64,000 nucleotides of DNA. It comes from Camelus ferus. Lineage: Eukaryota. The number at the start of each line of letters is the position of its first letter. Position 1 is the first letter of the stretch. Position numbers and translations under genes: made by a program. The notes under the pieces were generated by a model, which searched no databases, was not told the origin of the DNA, and saw nothing but the letters and a program-made list of their open reading frames with translations. The stretch spans positions 83,454,001 to 83,518,000 of the forward strand of contig NC_045697.1 in the NCBI RefSeq assembly GCF_009834535.1, in the 5' to 3' direction. Shown in pieces: positions 26,757-40,913 of this stretch.

Positions 26757-27325
26757 AGAGATTCCCAAATCTTCTCGGTTCCTGGTACCCTTTTTGTATC
26801 AGTAATTTTTTCACGGCAACTCTAGACCAAAAGAAGTGCTTAATATCTTCATTTATTAAGTAGTTAGGTTCAAACAACGTAATATATATTTATGTCCTAA
26901 CAAGTTAGTAATTATTTGAAAAAATAAGTGTATATACATTTAAAGAAAAAATTCTATTTTCTTTCTTTCTTAAGCAATCACAGTTTTACTAATGGGATGT
27001 GTATGCCTCCTGGGCACTGCACAATTTCTAAAGAGTCAAAATCAGACTGGATGCCACCATCCTCAATTCATGTCCTGTACTGTTTTCCAAGAGGTACTTG
27101 CTTCTTGTCACAGCAATTGTTGAAAACTCACCTTTGAAAAAGTAAGATGTCACCAAAAGGAACTGTAGCATAATCAAATATTAATATTGCAAACTACCTT
27201 GAGATAGTAATTTCAGCAGTGTGAGGAAGATGTACACTGTCCTTCCTTCAATTTTTACAAAAATTCTGTGGCATCTCTGTGAATTTACTGCAGTACTCCA
27301 AGTGTTCATCGTCTGGAAACCATTG
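26757..27325. mobile_element. MER119-like hAT-Charlie DNA transposon inside a reverse L2
   Basis: Match to recalled MER119 (tcagtaattttttcacggc…tttattaagtagttagg…tttatgtcctaacaa); 8-bp TSD gcttagtc/gcttagac. Confidence 0.75.
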
Positions 27326-27806
27326 GCTTAGACAATAATCTCTAATGACAAATACTCAAAGTTTTTGAGCAGAGAAATGACCTAATCTAAGCCATGTTTT
27401 AGGAAGATTTATTGATGACTGGAAGACAGATGAGGCTGAAAAAGAAGAAGACTAAAGAAGGGAGACCCAGAATTATGTATTTGGTTCTAAAGGATTTTTT
27501 TATGATAATCATTGCTTAATGTATATGAAAATTTCTTGTAAACGGAGGGCCTTTGAGTTGATTGGCAAAATTAGGACTGCTATGTTAATGAGAGAAAAAA
27601 ATTATAATGCAAGCACTGTGTTGGGTTAGAGAATGTGACTTATTAGACATAAGAGATGTTAAAATGTGAATAATATTGCAAATCATTCATTATTCTGAAA
27701 CTGCTAGAAGATCCAGAGTTCAACATTCTGAAGCCCTCCTCCTTGGAGCAGACATTTGACAAATGAGTTAGGCAGCACCAACAACTCCATTCAAAATAGG
27801 GTCTCA

Positions 27807-28661
27807 CATTTCTCCAAAGAAATATACAAATGGCCAATAAGCACATAAAAACATGTCCAACACATTAGTCATTAAGAAAATGCAAGTCAAAACCACAGTG
27901 CAAAATCACTCAATTTTGACTTCATGGCCTCTAGGATGGCTATGATCAAAAAATTGGACAGTAAGTGTTGGTGAGATTATGGAGCTACAGGAACTCCCAT
28001 ACATTGCTGGTGGGAATGTAAAACAGTGCGGCTACTATGAAAACAGTTTGGTGGTTCTTCAGAAAGTTAAATGACCTTGTAATTCCATTGCCAAGTATAT
28101 ACCCAAAAGAAATGAAAACATAGAGTGACCCAAAAACTAGAACACCGCTGTTCATGGCAAGATAACTCAAAATGGTCAAAAAGGAGAAACCACCTAAATG
28201 TCCATCAACTGGTGAATGGATAAAAAATATGTGCTATATCCATACAATGGAATGGTATTCGGCCATAAAAAGAGATGAAGTATGGATACATCCACATGGA
28301 CAAACCTTGAAAACACGCTAGTGAAAGAAGCCAGTCACAAAGGGCCATGTATCTTATAATTCATGAAATGTGCAGAATAGGCAAGTCCAGAGACAGAAGG
28401 TAAATGAGTGTTTAAAAATTAGGGTTTGTGAGGAATTAGGAGTAACCAGTGAGTATAGTGTTTCTCTTCGGGGTAAAGAATATGTTCTGGAGTTAGACAG
28501 CGAGGACGGCTGTGTAACTGGATATACTGAAACCTGATGAATTGTACATTAGATGGGTGAGTTTTGTGGTGTGTGAATTATCTCTATATATCTTTAAGCT
28601 GTCACTTAAAAAATTAAAAATAAATCTTTAAGCTGTCACTAAAAAAACAAACAAACAAACA
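27807..28661 (+). mobile_element. 5'-truncated L1MB-type LINE 3' end
   Basis: ORF2 end and 3' UTR (tttctccaaagaaatatacaaatggccaataagcaca…cattgctggtgggaatgtaaaa…aatgtccatcaactggtgaatggata…); perfect 14-bp TSD aaaatagggtctca at 27793-27806 and 28662-28675. Confidence 0.9.
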
Positions 28662-29164
28662 AAAATAGGGTCTCAAAAGCCAATGTCACTTGGGTTATAG
28701 AAAGATGGCCAGGTTTCTACTTTTCCTTGTGATGCCCTATTTTGAAAGGAATCATTTGCTCTGATATTAGCAGAATTAGCAGATATTAGCAAACTTCACA
28801 CTCAGTTTGTATGTGTATACATGAGAGAAGTAAGGTTGCTGTTTATTTGACTTTCAGGGGAAATCTGAGTTTTGGGAGATGTGGGCAAAAGTAGTTTTAG
28901 AAGCATAGCACTAAAATTAAATGTACCATACAAATAAAATATTCTCCATGTTCTGTAGTTTTACTTTTTAACATAGAATTCTTCCTTAGCCAACCAAAAA
29001 AAAATCAGTTTCACCAGAAAAACCAAAGGCTCAGAAGCCCGGGTTCTAGAAGCAATCCTGTGAGTAATTTGCTGTGCTCTTAGACAAGTCGTTTCTCTTT
29101 TCAGAGTGTCATGCTTTAGTTCTTGGATAGGATAGGATAGGATAAAATAGAATTTGTACTAGGA

Positions 29165-29375
29165 CTCAAGATCACAAACTAGCTGCTCTGAGCTGGGTAT
29201 GACATGCAAATAAATGTATTTTGCTTGACCCATTGTGTTTTCATTTTCTTCATATAAATTCATTTTAATGCTGACCCTCTTAGGATGGGTCACTAACTGT
29301 AAACGAAACCCAAACAGCTTTGCTTCTTAGTGCCAGTAGTCTGGCCCTTGGAGGATTTGAGTTTACAACGCCTGA
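29165..29375. mobile_element. MER102-like hAT remnant
   Basis: tcacaaactagctgc…gtattttgcttgacccattgtgtttt…tggcccttggaggatttgagtttacaacgcctg. Confidence 0.45.
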
Positions 29376-30059
29376 TCTACATGATTGCTGAGCTCCCCAA
29401 ATGCCTAAGTACCTCAGATATACACTGAGAAAGGGCAGAATGTGATTCGACATGTATATGTTCATGCATGTATATGTATTCATTCAATTCTATAAATAAT
29501 TTATTTTGTTATTTTCCCTGTACATCTTTTTCTTTACCAAATACTATAACCCTGCTCTACAATTTTACTTATCACTCTAAGGCTTAACTACCTTCGTGAT
29601 TATATATACGATTTTGTTTGAAGCAAATACCAATGTGTTTGGCAAAATAATGAATTATATATATGTAGATGAAATATATGGAACATATTTTATCAGCTAA
29701 GCAAACTTAAGTGATGTGTCAGATCACACATATCTTCACAGTAGATTCACTGAAACCATCCTACTCTGCCATATGTTTTCGATAGTGTGATGACGCCGTA
29801 ATGTTAAATATAAAGTGGATGGGGCTTCAGCTATGAACTACAGGAAGAATTCTTTTTCATGAATATTTCAATAAATTATCAATAAACCATTGGCTAATTA
29901 GCCACTGAAATGCAACACACACATTTAAAATGTCAACATATATTTTAAAAGAAAAAATATATAATTTACTTCTCTAAAGCCAGTTTTTAGCTTTTTTTCC
30001 AGGATACTGTACATATGGACTTGAGTTCATGGTTTGAGTACACAAAATTTTGCTTCTCA

Positions 30060-30530
30060 CATTTTGTCATTTAGCCTGACATCCCAAACACTTTTCTATG
30101 TTCAACAATCTTCATAATTTTTACTTGATGACACCAGAATATAACATCATTCATCTAGACGTTGATTTACTTAAGTTTTACCATGTTTTTAGTATTCAAC
30201 TTATTGCCGATTTTTCACTATAATCGTGGTTGCAATAAGGTTCTTTATGTTCATAGCTTTTTTTAAAACTTCTTTTGAGGAGTTTCCTCAGGGTAAATTC
30301 TCAATAGTAGAATTACAGAGTCAGAGAGCATAAACTTTTCTATGGTGTAGGATATATATGTATATATCCAAATTACTTTCCAAGAGGTATATGAATTCAC
30401 ATTTAATGTATCAGCTTTATTGGGAACTTGCCAGCATTCAGTTATTATCATTTTAATGTCTATACTAATTTAAAAGATGCTAAAATAGCCTCCTTATTGT
30501 TTAAATTTGCCTTCTTTTGAATATTACTAA
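30060..30530 (-). mobile_element. L1ME-type 3' fragment
   Basis: gggtaaattctcaatagtagaattacagagtcagag…ccaaattactttccaagaggt…ttgtttaaatttgccttc is reverse old L1. Confidence 0.6.
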
Positions 30531-30869
30531 TGCCAGAAATTTTAACATGGGACTCGGTATACTGGGTCAAACAGATAATTTTTCTTTTCCAAAATAAAAA
30601 GTAGAAATGCGATACCCTCGTGATGAGTCCTAACGCCACAGGGATGCTATAAAAAAATGAGATAAGAAAGAACTTTCCTCAGTTTATCCCAACATGCACT
30701 GCTATCAACATGATAATTTATCATGAAACAGCCAACTACATGGAATTATTTTTTTCTAAAGGTGATACCTATAATACACTCAACTATCTAATATTCAAGT
30801 ATATTCTAGTATTCTAAATATACTCAACTGTCAAATAACTCTCTGTTCATGGTATTTTCATTTAGTTCT

Positions 30870-30980
30870 TTCTTTGTTTGTTTTATTGGTTTTTGTTTTT
30901 AATGGAAGTACTGGGGATTGAACCCAGTACTTCATGCATGCTAAGCATGTGCTCTACCACTAAGCTATACCCTTCCTTTG
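30870..30980 (-). mobile_element. Camelid-type tRNA-derived SINE
   Basis: tRNA-like head on the minus strand; TSD catttagttct at 30859-30869 and 30981-30991. Confidence 0.88.
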
Positions 30981-31959
30981 CATTTAGTTCTGGAATAGTT
31001 CTACATACTTGATCTTCTAAATAAGATGCATTTAAAGTTCCTTCTAATGGCTGTCTTGAATAAACAAAGTGTTTTTTTAATAGGTTGGGTTCACAATAAC
31101 TGCGAAACAACTCAGGAAATTTTATGTAGCTTCAACTTTACAATTGTAGCTAAACACAAAATATTCTTAAGAGGGTTACAAAGGCAAGATGTTCTCATTT
31201 GCCACCAGCAAAACACATACTTTCTGTTTTTCCTTCAAGTGCTTTTGCAGTTGGATAGTTCTTTGTTTATTTGGTTCATTGCAGCTATGTAGAATTGATT
31301 TCCAAAAGCCTATTTGTCTAATTTTGACTTAGCAGTAATTTATGAGAAGAGTGTGTTTCCCACATAAAGGATTATCACACAAATGACAATTTGCAGATGT
31401 CCCGATATTATTTTTCTGTGTAGTTTGCTTTAACCAAAATCATAGATAATAATAATAAATAAATAATAAATACAGCACATTTAAAGATAATAGTCATGAA
31501 ATTGGGTTCCAGATTTGAAAAAAATCTAAACATTAATGTTAGTTATCTAACTTTATTTCCCATTATTTTTCTTTAAATAGTGCTTTAAAGTGGACTGATA
31601 TTAAATATGTCTTTATAATGCTGAAAATGAGGTAAGTTTCTGCACTAAGTATGTAATTTGCAAAAACTGTTCTTTATTTTTGTTTGGTAGGCTTCCATAT
31701 GTCCTTTAAAAAAACCCTTAATTGCATTTTGGAAGAGCTGTCAGGCACAACAAACATAGTTCCTAAGATTTGTACTACAGAATATAGTTTCTGAAAAAGA
31801 ACTCAGTAAGTGTTTCACATAACTTTTTGAAGAATACGCCAAAGAAAATAATGTCCAATCAAGGATCCTTTTTATCAACTAATATTACTTATAGTTAAAG
31901 ATTAAAATGTTTACATTTAAAGAATAATCTATGACAGGTACATAATGCATTGATTACTG

Positions 31960-32007
31960 GAGAAGAAAAGGAAGGAAGGAAAGAAGGGAGGGAGGGAGGA
32001 AGGAAGG
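31960..32007. repeat. (GGAA/GGGA)n purine-rich repeat
   Basis: Directly visible. Confidence 0.9.
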
Positions 32008-32039
32008 TGTGAGTATTCTAATAAATAAGAATTATTTAT

Positions 32040-33000
32040 ATAATAATTAAATGAATAGATCAAATTTGAAAATATAATACTATCTCAGATGTTGAAAAGG
32101 CTTTTGATTAAAAGAAAAGCATATTAAGCTTGGAGTAAAATTTGCCATTTTTAATGGGATAAATACAACCTATAAAAAAAAAGTTACCCAATGCCAAATA
32201 CCAGAGGTATCCTACTCATACTGGAAACAAGCCAGTACTGTCACCTATCAATACCAAAATTTTATCCTGAAATTTCTGTTTACTGCCAAAAATAAATCAA
32301 AAAAGAAAATAACAAATATATATTTCAATTGGAAAAGAAAGATCAAAGTTATAGTTTTTTATGCTATGTGATTGCCTAGGAAACTTAAGAGATCCAACCA
32401 TAAAACTCTTAGATTTATTAAGAAAATGCAAAAAAGTAGCCAAGTAAAACTACACAGAAAAATAATTTTGAAATATCTACAAGTAGTCTTTAGTGTGACT
32501 AATCCTTTGGTGGGAAACACTTCTCTTACAAATTACTGCTAGTCAAAATTGACAAATAGGTTTTGCTAAAATCAAAGGCATATTCTACATAGCTGCAATG
32601 AACCAAATAAATGGATTAAAAATGATCTAAATGCAATAGCACATTATGAAAAAGCAGAAATATTCCAAATATTTAGATTATAATAATCAACAATAATTTT
32701 AAAAGATCCACATTCACAATAGCAAAAAAAAAAATACATGAAATATGAAAATATAAGCTTAATATGAATGACCTATGAAGAAAACTTTAAAAATATTGTG
32801 AGATAGATTTTTTGAAAAGACTGGAACAAATGCAGGCATATTCCTGAATGAAAGACAAAGCTCTGGATACATTAATCATCCCCAGATACTATAAAGGTTC
32901 AAGGAAATGATAATCAATAATTATTAGTAAATACTAATATAAATCAAAGTAAAACATAAAATATTTTGGTGCCTGAAAAAATTTTGAAATTGAACATTTT
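32040..33000 (+). mobile_element. Old L1ME ORF2 (RT region) fragment
   Basis: atctcagatgttgaaaaggcttttgattaaa…ggaaacaagccagtactgtcacctatca…aattggaaaagaaagatcaaagtt…aaaactcttagatttattaagaaa. Confidence 0.7.
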
Positions 33001-36000
33001 AATTTAATGCTATTTATTCATTTTAGAACATACTCAATAATTACATAAAGAAGGAAATCTTATTTTGAGAAGTTAAGAATTGATAATTTTCCAGAATATA
33101 CAAAAGTAGTAGAAGGATTTTTCTAAGCAACTGGAGACAAAGTTTGTATCGTTATTTTGGATTTGGGGATTATCTCATCTATAATTTCCTCTGATTTTTG
33201 TGCCTTTTAGATTTTCCTTTCAGATCAAAATACTTGAATTGTTCTATCGCTTTACTTAAAATGTAGAATTCAACAAGTTGGTTAATTCCTCCAATTTCGG
33301 TGGCTTCATTATTAAAATGAGATGAGAATTGGATAACACTTTTAGCAACTGGATGCCCTCCTTTCTGCTGCACAAGGAACAAGAATTGTTATTAAAAATA
33401 AAGTCCAGTTAATTGATCTGCAAAAATTTTAGAGGTTCGTCTTCTGTTGTTCACATCAGACCATGTTTTTGACCTTTCAATTACAGAGTAATATTAAAAG
33501 ATTTTTTAAGTACTTTAAAATTAAATCTTTGGCTCCTAAATAGATTGACAATTATACTGTTACATATTTGTAATACAGATTTAGCTGAAGGTTTCCTTTT
33601 TACATAAATATAAACAACTATTCACTTCTCTAGCAATGGAATGTGTTCTACTTAATTTTGGAACAATAAGCCTTTCAGTATCCAAATTACTTAATTGTCT
33701 TTCCCGTTTGACCTTTCAGCACATTGGCAGAATCAAACAAGGAAAATCAAAGGACCTCCACAATCCTAAACTTAAGAGCAAGCGTCTGGAAACAGATTTT
33801 ATGCAAAATATTTCCCTGAGGCTTAAGGATGAGATCACATCGTCTTTCTTTGGCTTCTCAAAAATTCTTAATTCTTTGCTTTAACATTTGCTGATAAAAC
33901 AGCAGACTGTGAGTGGTAATAATCTATAGAGTGATTGGAGTGAGCTTGTCCATTAAACGACCAGATAGTGTTCATTTATGAAGTTAATATAAATGCTCCT
34001 TTTCTACATTAATACATTACTTTATTCACCATAATTATTGATCCCTAAAAGCCATTCTTTGCACTGAAGTACTTCAACCGAAGTGACCTAGTAGAAAGTT
34101 CATTAATGACCTCATAAAAATGACACACATGTAAAAGGAAAATAGAGAGTAAAGGCATATAAATCAAAACCCTGGATATCACATACACCATTGGAAATCT
34201 TTCAGTAGAAATTATCTAAGAACAAGTAATGTAAAGAAAAAAATCTAAAACCTATATATGCAGGGTTCTGTCCAAAATGGAATCCAACCAAGATTCCCTA
34301 CAGGAACACTGCACTGATCATATACATAGCAGACATCAGAAAGTGGGAAAACAGTGGTAGTATGTTAAAACACATTTCCATTAGACCTAAGACCGAGCTC
34401 TTGAAATCTACAAAGAATGAATTTATGGAGGGGGTAGGAGGGTGGAGAATGCATCCCTGCAAAGTACAGTAATTTGTCTTCATTTAATAAGGGATAGGAC
34501 ACACTCAAGAGTGCATAAATCATTTCATGTTTGTTCCATTTGTACCATATGTACCTTGATAGGAGTACTTTGGACATTGTTGGTGTCAAAGAGAAGAAAT
34601 ATTACAGCAGTTACACAAAGAAAGGTTATATTCCTTTGCTAAAGGCACAGAATCCACTTTCACTAATCTACGATCGGGAACAAGTTCCAAATGGTTGCTG
34701 GAATTACAAAAATTAGACATGATGTAACCAGAAATTTCATGCTCAAAAAAGACCTCATGTTGGCAAACAATATAGCTTAGTAAACATAAAACAAACATGC
34801 TTCAAATTCTAGCTGTTCTAAATTTACCTTAACTATCTTTTATTAGGTAATACAGAAGTAGAGACAAATTCAGTCAATCATTTTTGGTAGGTGAAAACCT
34901 TACAGTCTTAGCCTGTAGATAACATATATAATATGCAGATTATGAATTAATTACTTTTAATAATTAATAATTTATTAGAAACTCTAGCTCAACTGTTTAT
35001 TCCTGAGTTCCTTCTTGTTCTTTTACTATACTTCTGTCTTTTGACTGGGGCATTCCTTAGAGGTCTGCTTTAAAGCTATTATAACAAGGATTAGAAGGAA
35101 ATTCATTGTAGAAAACATGCTGATTAATATCATGTGTTCAATAAACAGAGGTGAAATAGATTGATGAGCTTTTAAGAGGGCACCTGGAAAAAGTGCCTCA
35201 ATTCTGTTGATTTTTGCTATATACATTCTTACAAATATTTTGTAATTTTTTGTTTACCCACTTTCAAAAAACAACGCTTCTGACATCTGACACTATAAAA
35301 ACCCTAGAGCTGTGATTTGTTTTTTTAATTGGTTGTTATAAGCCAGTATTTAAGCAGTGATAAACACACCCTGAAATGTTCTTAGGGATATCTAGTATTC
35401 CAATTTAAGTTCTTTATTATTTTAACTTTGCAGTTTAGGAGATGAGGAAAATCATTTCCTCCTGAATTGGAAGCCAATAACTAAAGCTAAAAATCTCAAA
35501 CTTAATCCTGGGGTTCCAGTACCAAAATGATACAGGGAAAAGGAAGATTAATGTTCAGCCCGTGCTTTTTACAAATGACTGATCTACAGAAATCACATTA
35601 TTCCCAAGACATAAAGATTATATTCTTTCTTCCTACTGTTGCATAAAGGCCTCAGGCCGAATGTTTGTTTTTATATTTTTCCCATTATCTTTGATGGAAA
35701 ATTGTAATCTGATCTTTCCAATGTAAAACTTTTGGCATATGAGATATGAAGATATTTGGGGCATGGGGACCAGTCACACTGTGATTTGTCTCAATCACAG
35801 GCCTCAAATATTATATCAGACAACCAAGTGGAGCACACTCGATTTCAGGTCTATAGTCTCCTTTCTTCCTCCACATTTAAAAAACTTATTTCATACTACA
35901 GTGTCCTTATTTTTACAAAGGGTTTATGTGTTTTTTCCCCCACAATTCAGCCAGGATGCCATGGGAGGTGATGTTAATAAGAAGAAGTAATATATATACA

Positions 36001-36689
36001 TTTTTTTTAATCAAGCTAAAATGCTACTCGGAGGGATTTTACAAGAATCCACTGCTCTTGGGAAGCTGTGGTACTTAGAGGAGTGAAGATTCATCATCAT
36101 CCCTGATTTTAGTACCTCCCTCAATAATTTCATTTTATTATTCTCTTCATCCCTCTTCAAAGCTCTTCAATCATTCCAGTTTTACTTTCAGGGCTTTTCT
36201 TCAGTACCAAAATCTTGTTGAAATAAAATCTGACTGTGGAATCATTATAGGATTTGTTGGCAGTGTGATCGTTAAGATTGTATGAGTATCTCCTTCATCT
36301 CTGTTATATATCTTCTTTGAAGGGCATAACATAACACCAATATTATATTTTTTATGAGGAGAAACGTTATTCCTGTATATTCTAAAATCAAGAGCAAGGG
36401 AAATCACATAGCACTAAATTTTTCTGAAGGTTTATGTCAAAAAGAGCAGATAAGTAAATAAAAGATGAATACAATGCTGTTAAGGTTAATCATTAACTAT
36501 ACTTGTAGATTGTAATTTTTTCATCTATAGAAGTGATAATAACTTAAACAAAATAACTACTGTGCCCAAAAACATGGTACTTAAAGACTAATGGGATCAA
36601 CAGAGGTAGGAAATAAAAGAAACTTAAAATAAGGAAAATTGAGGAAACAAATACGAATAGAGAATCACTTAAGGCAATTGGTAAAAATA

Positions 36690-36812
36690 TAGCTTCCCAA
36701 TATGTCTCCTTCAAAGATTCTAATTTAATGCATTTAGGCAGAATTTGGGGGATCTGCATTTTAGCAAATATTACTGATTATTCTGATTCAGAGAGTATGT
36801 TTGAGAAATACT
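36690..36812. mobile_element. MER5B-like hAT remnant
   Basis: agattctaatttaat…atctgcattttagcaa…gattattctgat…tttgagaaatact. Confidence 0.5.
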
Positions 36813-38056
36813 TAAATAAATGGGCAGAACTCAGGACCCTTGATTCCATGTTCAATATTGTTTCTGCCATATCACGTCCTTGACTTTTATGGAATTTTTT
36901 AATTCCATTTTTAAACAAGGTGTTATTATTTGGAAATAGTTACACAGTGTCCATTGAGTTTCAACCATGATTTACAGAAATCAGTCGTTAGAAATATCAT
37001 CCTTTCTTGCTGGGTGTACTCAACTCTACCTATTCAGCTACACAGTGGTCACCAGAACCATATTACTGTGGTTCTGGCTACAGAGAAAGATGACTAACAT
37101 TTGATATGTGGTTTCTGGTCAAAGATATAGCTGGGGACTCAAAACATGAGCCTTGGGTTGGAACACAACCACAGTCTAATGGTGAGATTTACAAGGACAC
37201 CAACACCTTGAACAAGAACTACCCTGGGAACACCCAAGTGATAACATTTGAGTTACTATCATTAAATGTGCTTTGGTTAAAAGAAAAAAATTAAAGAAAA
37301 TGCTGCCTCTCTCTGAAGTTGAAATTTTTTCTTAAAATGGCAAATCATTAGATTATTTTACCTTACATAGAAACTTAGAAAATAAAACAGCAACAAAATG
37401 GAATCTGGAGTTGTACATCAAACGTATAAAGCAAGTCATCAATAAACAGGAAAAAAGCAAATTTTCACACCTTTCACTAGCTTTTTATTTTACCTCCTTC
37501 CTAGAGGCAGAATCCTCTACTCACTGTACCTTCATCAAGCAGAAAAGTGACTATAGCTAAAATTGCACCAAATGTAAGAAACATTGTAGAATTTTATTTT
37601 TCATAATGTGAGAGGGAAAACAGAGTTGTTGGATTTAGAATAATCACCAGCTTTTTTGCAGTTTAAATAACAATGCATTTTCTATTCTTTAATTTAATTA
37701 TATAGCATGGATTTACAATGTCACACTACCAGAAATAAAAGTTCCTTTTGACAAGAATGAGAGAAGTTTATTCAAAGGAGTTAAAGGATCAGAGTTTAAA
37801 TTTTCTTTCTACCACTAACTTGAACCCCTGAAAGTCTGTACCTTGAACCTCTGCTTCACCTGTAGCTAATACATAGAATCATCTAAGAGTTTAATAAAAT
37901 TGGATTATAAAAATATTTTGCAAACTATTAAGTCACATTTTTCAATCCTACCTATATTTAAATTTTCTAATTAGGAAATCCGTTTCAGTTTTTTTTAAGT
38001 TCTAATATAATTATGAGGACTTATTAATTTTTTAAACATTACAACTTACTCAAGTA

Positions 38057-38991
38057 CAGGCATCCCTCAGAGATACTGTGGATTCAGTTCCAGACCATCA
38101 CAATTAAGCAAATATCGCAATAAAGCAAGTCACATGAATTTTTTGGTCTCCCAGTGCATATAAAAGTTATGCTCACACTAAATTGTAGTCTGTTAAGTGC
38201 TATCAACTAAAAAAAACCAAAAAAAAAAAAAAAAAAAAACCACAGTGTGAGAGTAGTGAGTTAAGATTTATCTGGGGCAAAATGAGGACTATAGCCCAGG
38301 AGACAGCCTCTCAGATAGCTCTAAGGAACTGCTCCGAAGAGGTGGCAGGGAAGGTCAGTATACGTGTGATTTTGGTGGAGGGGGATATTTTCAATCAAAC
38401 ACACATTTTTGCAGAAGGTGCTGGTAGTCTCATGAGGGTTACTACTAATCATGAGGAGCAGATGGCTCCATTAACAATTTTAGTGCTTTTTTAGATATGA
38501 GATGCAAGGATTTGGGCTCATAAAATCTTCTGAAAATATTTTGCCAGTTTTTCCCAGAGCACAGTGTGTCTCATTCCTGACTCCACCCTGAACACCTTTC
38601 AGGGTGTGTTACAGGTCAGTAGCTGCAGCAGCCTGTGATTTAATCCTTATAGAGGCAGATGGCAAGTGCCAATTTTTAGTTGGCAGTGTGCAATAGCATT
38701 ATGTCTGAAAAACCAACATGCTTCCCTTAATTAAAAAATACTTTCACACTAAAAAGTGTTAACCATCATCTGAGCCTTCAGCAAGTCATAATAATTTTGC
38801 TGGTGGAAGGCTTAAAATATTGCAGGAACTACCAAAATGTGACACAGAGAAAGAAGTGAGCAAATGCTGTTGGGAAAATGGCGCCAATAGTGTTGCTCCA
38901 TGCAGGGCTGTCACAAACCTTCAGTTTGCAAAAAAATGCAGTATCTGCTGAAGGACAATAATAGGAAGTACAATCAAACGAGGTTTGCCTG
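38057..38991 (-). mobile_element. Internally deleted Tigger1 (TcMar-Tigger) interrupted by an LTR
   Basis: TIRs caggcatccctc…/…gaggtttgcctg, TA on the left, and both Tigger1 arms recognisable. No transposase. Confidence 0.85.
38201..38685 (-). mobile_element. ERV1-type solo LTR nested in Tigger1
   Basis: Ends tatcaactaaaaa…tttttagttggca (13-bp inverted termini); gaggactatagcccaggagacagcctctcagatagctct is typical of artiodactyl ERV1 LTRs; 4-bp TSD gtgc/gtgt; Tigger1 resumes exactly after it. Confidence 0.8.
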
Positions 38992-40913
38992 AATGTGCAC
39001 CGTGGGATCCTGCCATCAGTGCTTCTGTGGCCTTATAGTATAAAGACGCAGCTACACACCCTGGGAGGATTTCAGAAGAGGAGCATCTCAATTTGGTCAT
39101 CTGTTTTCTGTGAAGTACTATTAAATAGGAAAGCCTCCAAGTGCTAATTGACATGTTTGCCTGGAATCAGAGAGTTTTTGAAAAATGTCATTTTGTACTC
39201 CTCACATCATTTTATACAGTTTTCCTCATTTCCAAAGGAAATACTGTAAGATTACATGGACAGGTTTGCCTCCATCAGGACAATGCACACGAAATACAGT
39301 GACCAGTCCTATTTCTTTAACATGACTTTAGTTCAGAAGATAAGGTCACAGAATCCAAACTGCAGCCTTATATTTCCTTTATATATTCTCCTTAAATCTT
39401 TCCCCGTGCATGAAATAAATTTATAGGCTTTTCATTGAAAATGATCATATTTATTTTAATAAGTGGAAAATACAGTCATTAATAGAGCCTTGGGCTATAT
39501 TTATCAATTAACTGTCCAACAAAAAGGCTAGCAAATCTCTACTCTGTGCATACCAGCAGAAGAGAGGTGGGGATAAGAAAGTCTTATTATAAGAAAGCAG
39601 TAGGTTCTTAATGTCATCTGGGTAGTGTAGAGAGGAAATAATCTGGGTTGGCGGTGGAGAATGAGAAATCACAGAGATCTGACCTAATCCAATATAGATT
39701 CTGTGAAGAAGCTAGGAGTTCAAGTGAATTTGAAGGAAGGGTCCACTTAGGTAAGTACAGAGGAAGTGAGAACATTATAACCTGGAGAGTTGAGTAAAGG
39801 TGTGGAGGAGGGGACTTTAAAAAGCTTATTTGGGGTAGATCAGTATGCCTGGAGCTAAGGGGTGATTTGGGAGACATGTTTGTATAGACATAATGGCTTC
39901 ATTATGTAGAGGAACAATACCTACTAAGTACCTTGGACTTGAAAATTTTTAAAGAAAACTCTCAAACTAAGATTAGCATGTCTTGAACTTTTAAAAGGCT
40001 ATAAAGAATAGTAAGTTTAGGTTCATACAAATTTTTAACTAGCATGTGAAAATATTAGCAAAATCACAGCTCATATCTGTACAAAGTTAAACAATACTCT
40101 GAGATTCATCAGTGAATGCAAAGTATCTAGATATTTTAGGAACCCAAAATAGACATCTACATCAATAGCCAGGGGTTGGGAATCTGACTTATCTGTTTAG
40201 CTATTGAGGTCACATTTCTGAACACAAAAATAAATGGCCTAAATTAACTTAAAAAAAAAAAAAAAGCCTAAATTTAATAAAAAGAAAAAAAAACCAGATA
40301 GGACGTTTTGTCTCTTTTTTTGCCAAATGCTTGTTTGATTAAATTATTCACATTGCTAACAGATGTTTTAAAGTAATTTCAATAAACTTTATCTTAATGA
40401 CAGAGAAGTCATGACATTTAAATGTCACAAATATTTGCTATATAAGTCTTCCTTTTCCAACAGTTACATCAAAATACTAAACAGAAATCCACCAAATGTT
40501 AATGGTGGGTCCCTAAGTGAAAAGTAACAAGTGATCATTTCCTTGTTTTGTATACTTTGTACTTTCCAAATTTCCTATAATAAACATGAATTCTTATTGT
40601 AGTACACAGTAAAATGAAACAAAGTCCAGTTAATAATACTTACTATATTATTTGGAATAGTTCAACATCGAATAATAGAAAAAGAAGTAGAAAAGGCAAG
40701 GTAATGCCTCATACAAGATAAATGGTTATACTCACATGAATCCCCTTCCCCCTCAGGAACCTAGATGTCTTGTAGCTCAAGGCACCCCCATCCCAAAATG
40801 TGGCCCTTAACCTCTTGGATCAATAAAGTTATAGCTGAGTTTAAGGCAACAGGATGGAAGAATACATGAAAAAGAAAAAGAGGGCAAAGGGTTATGTCAG
40901 CTGTCTCTGAAGG

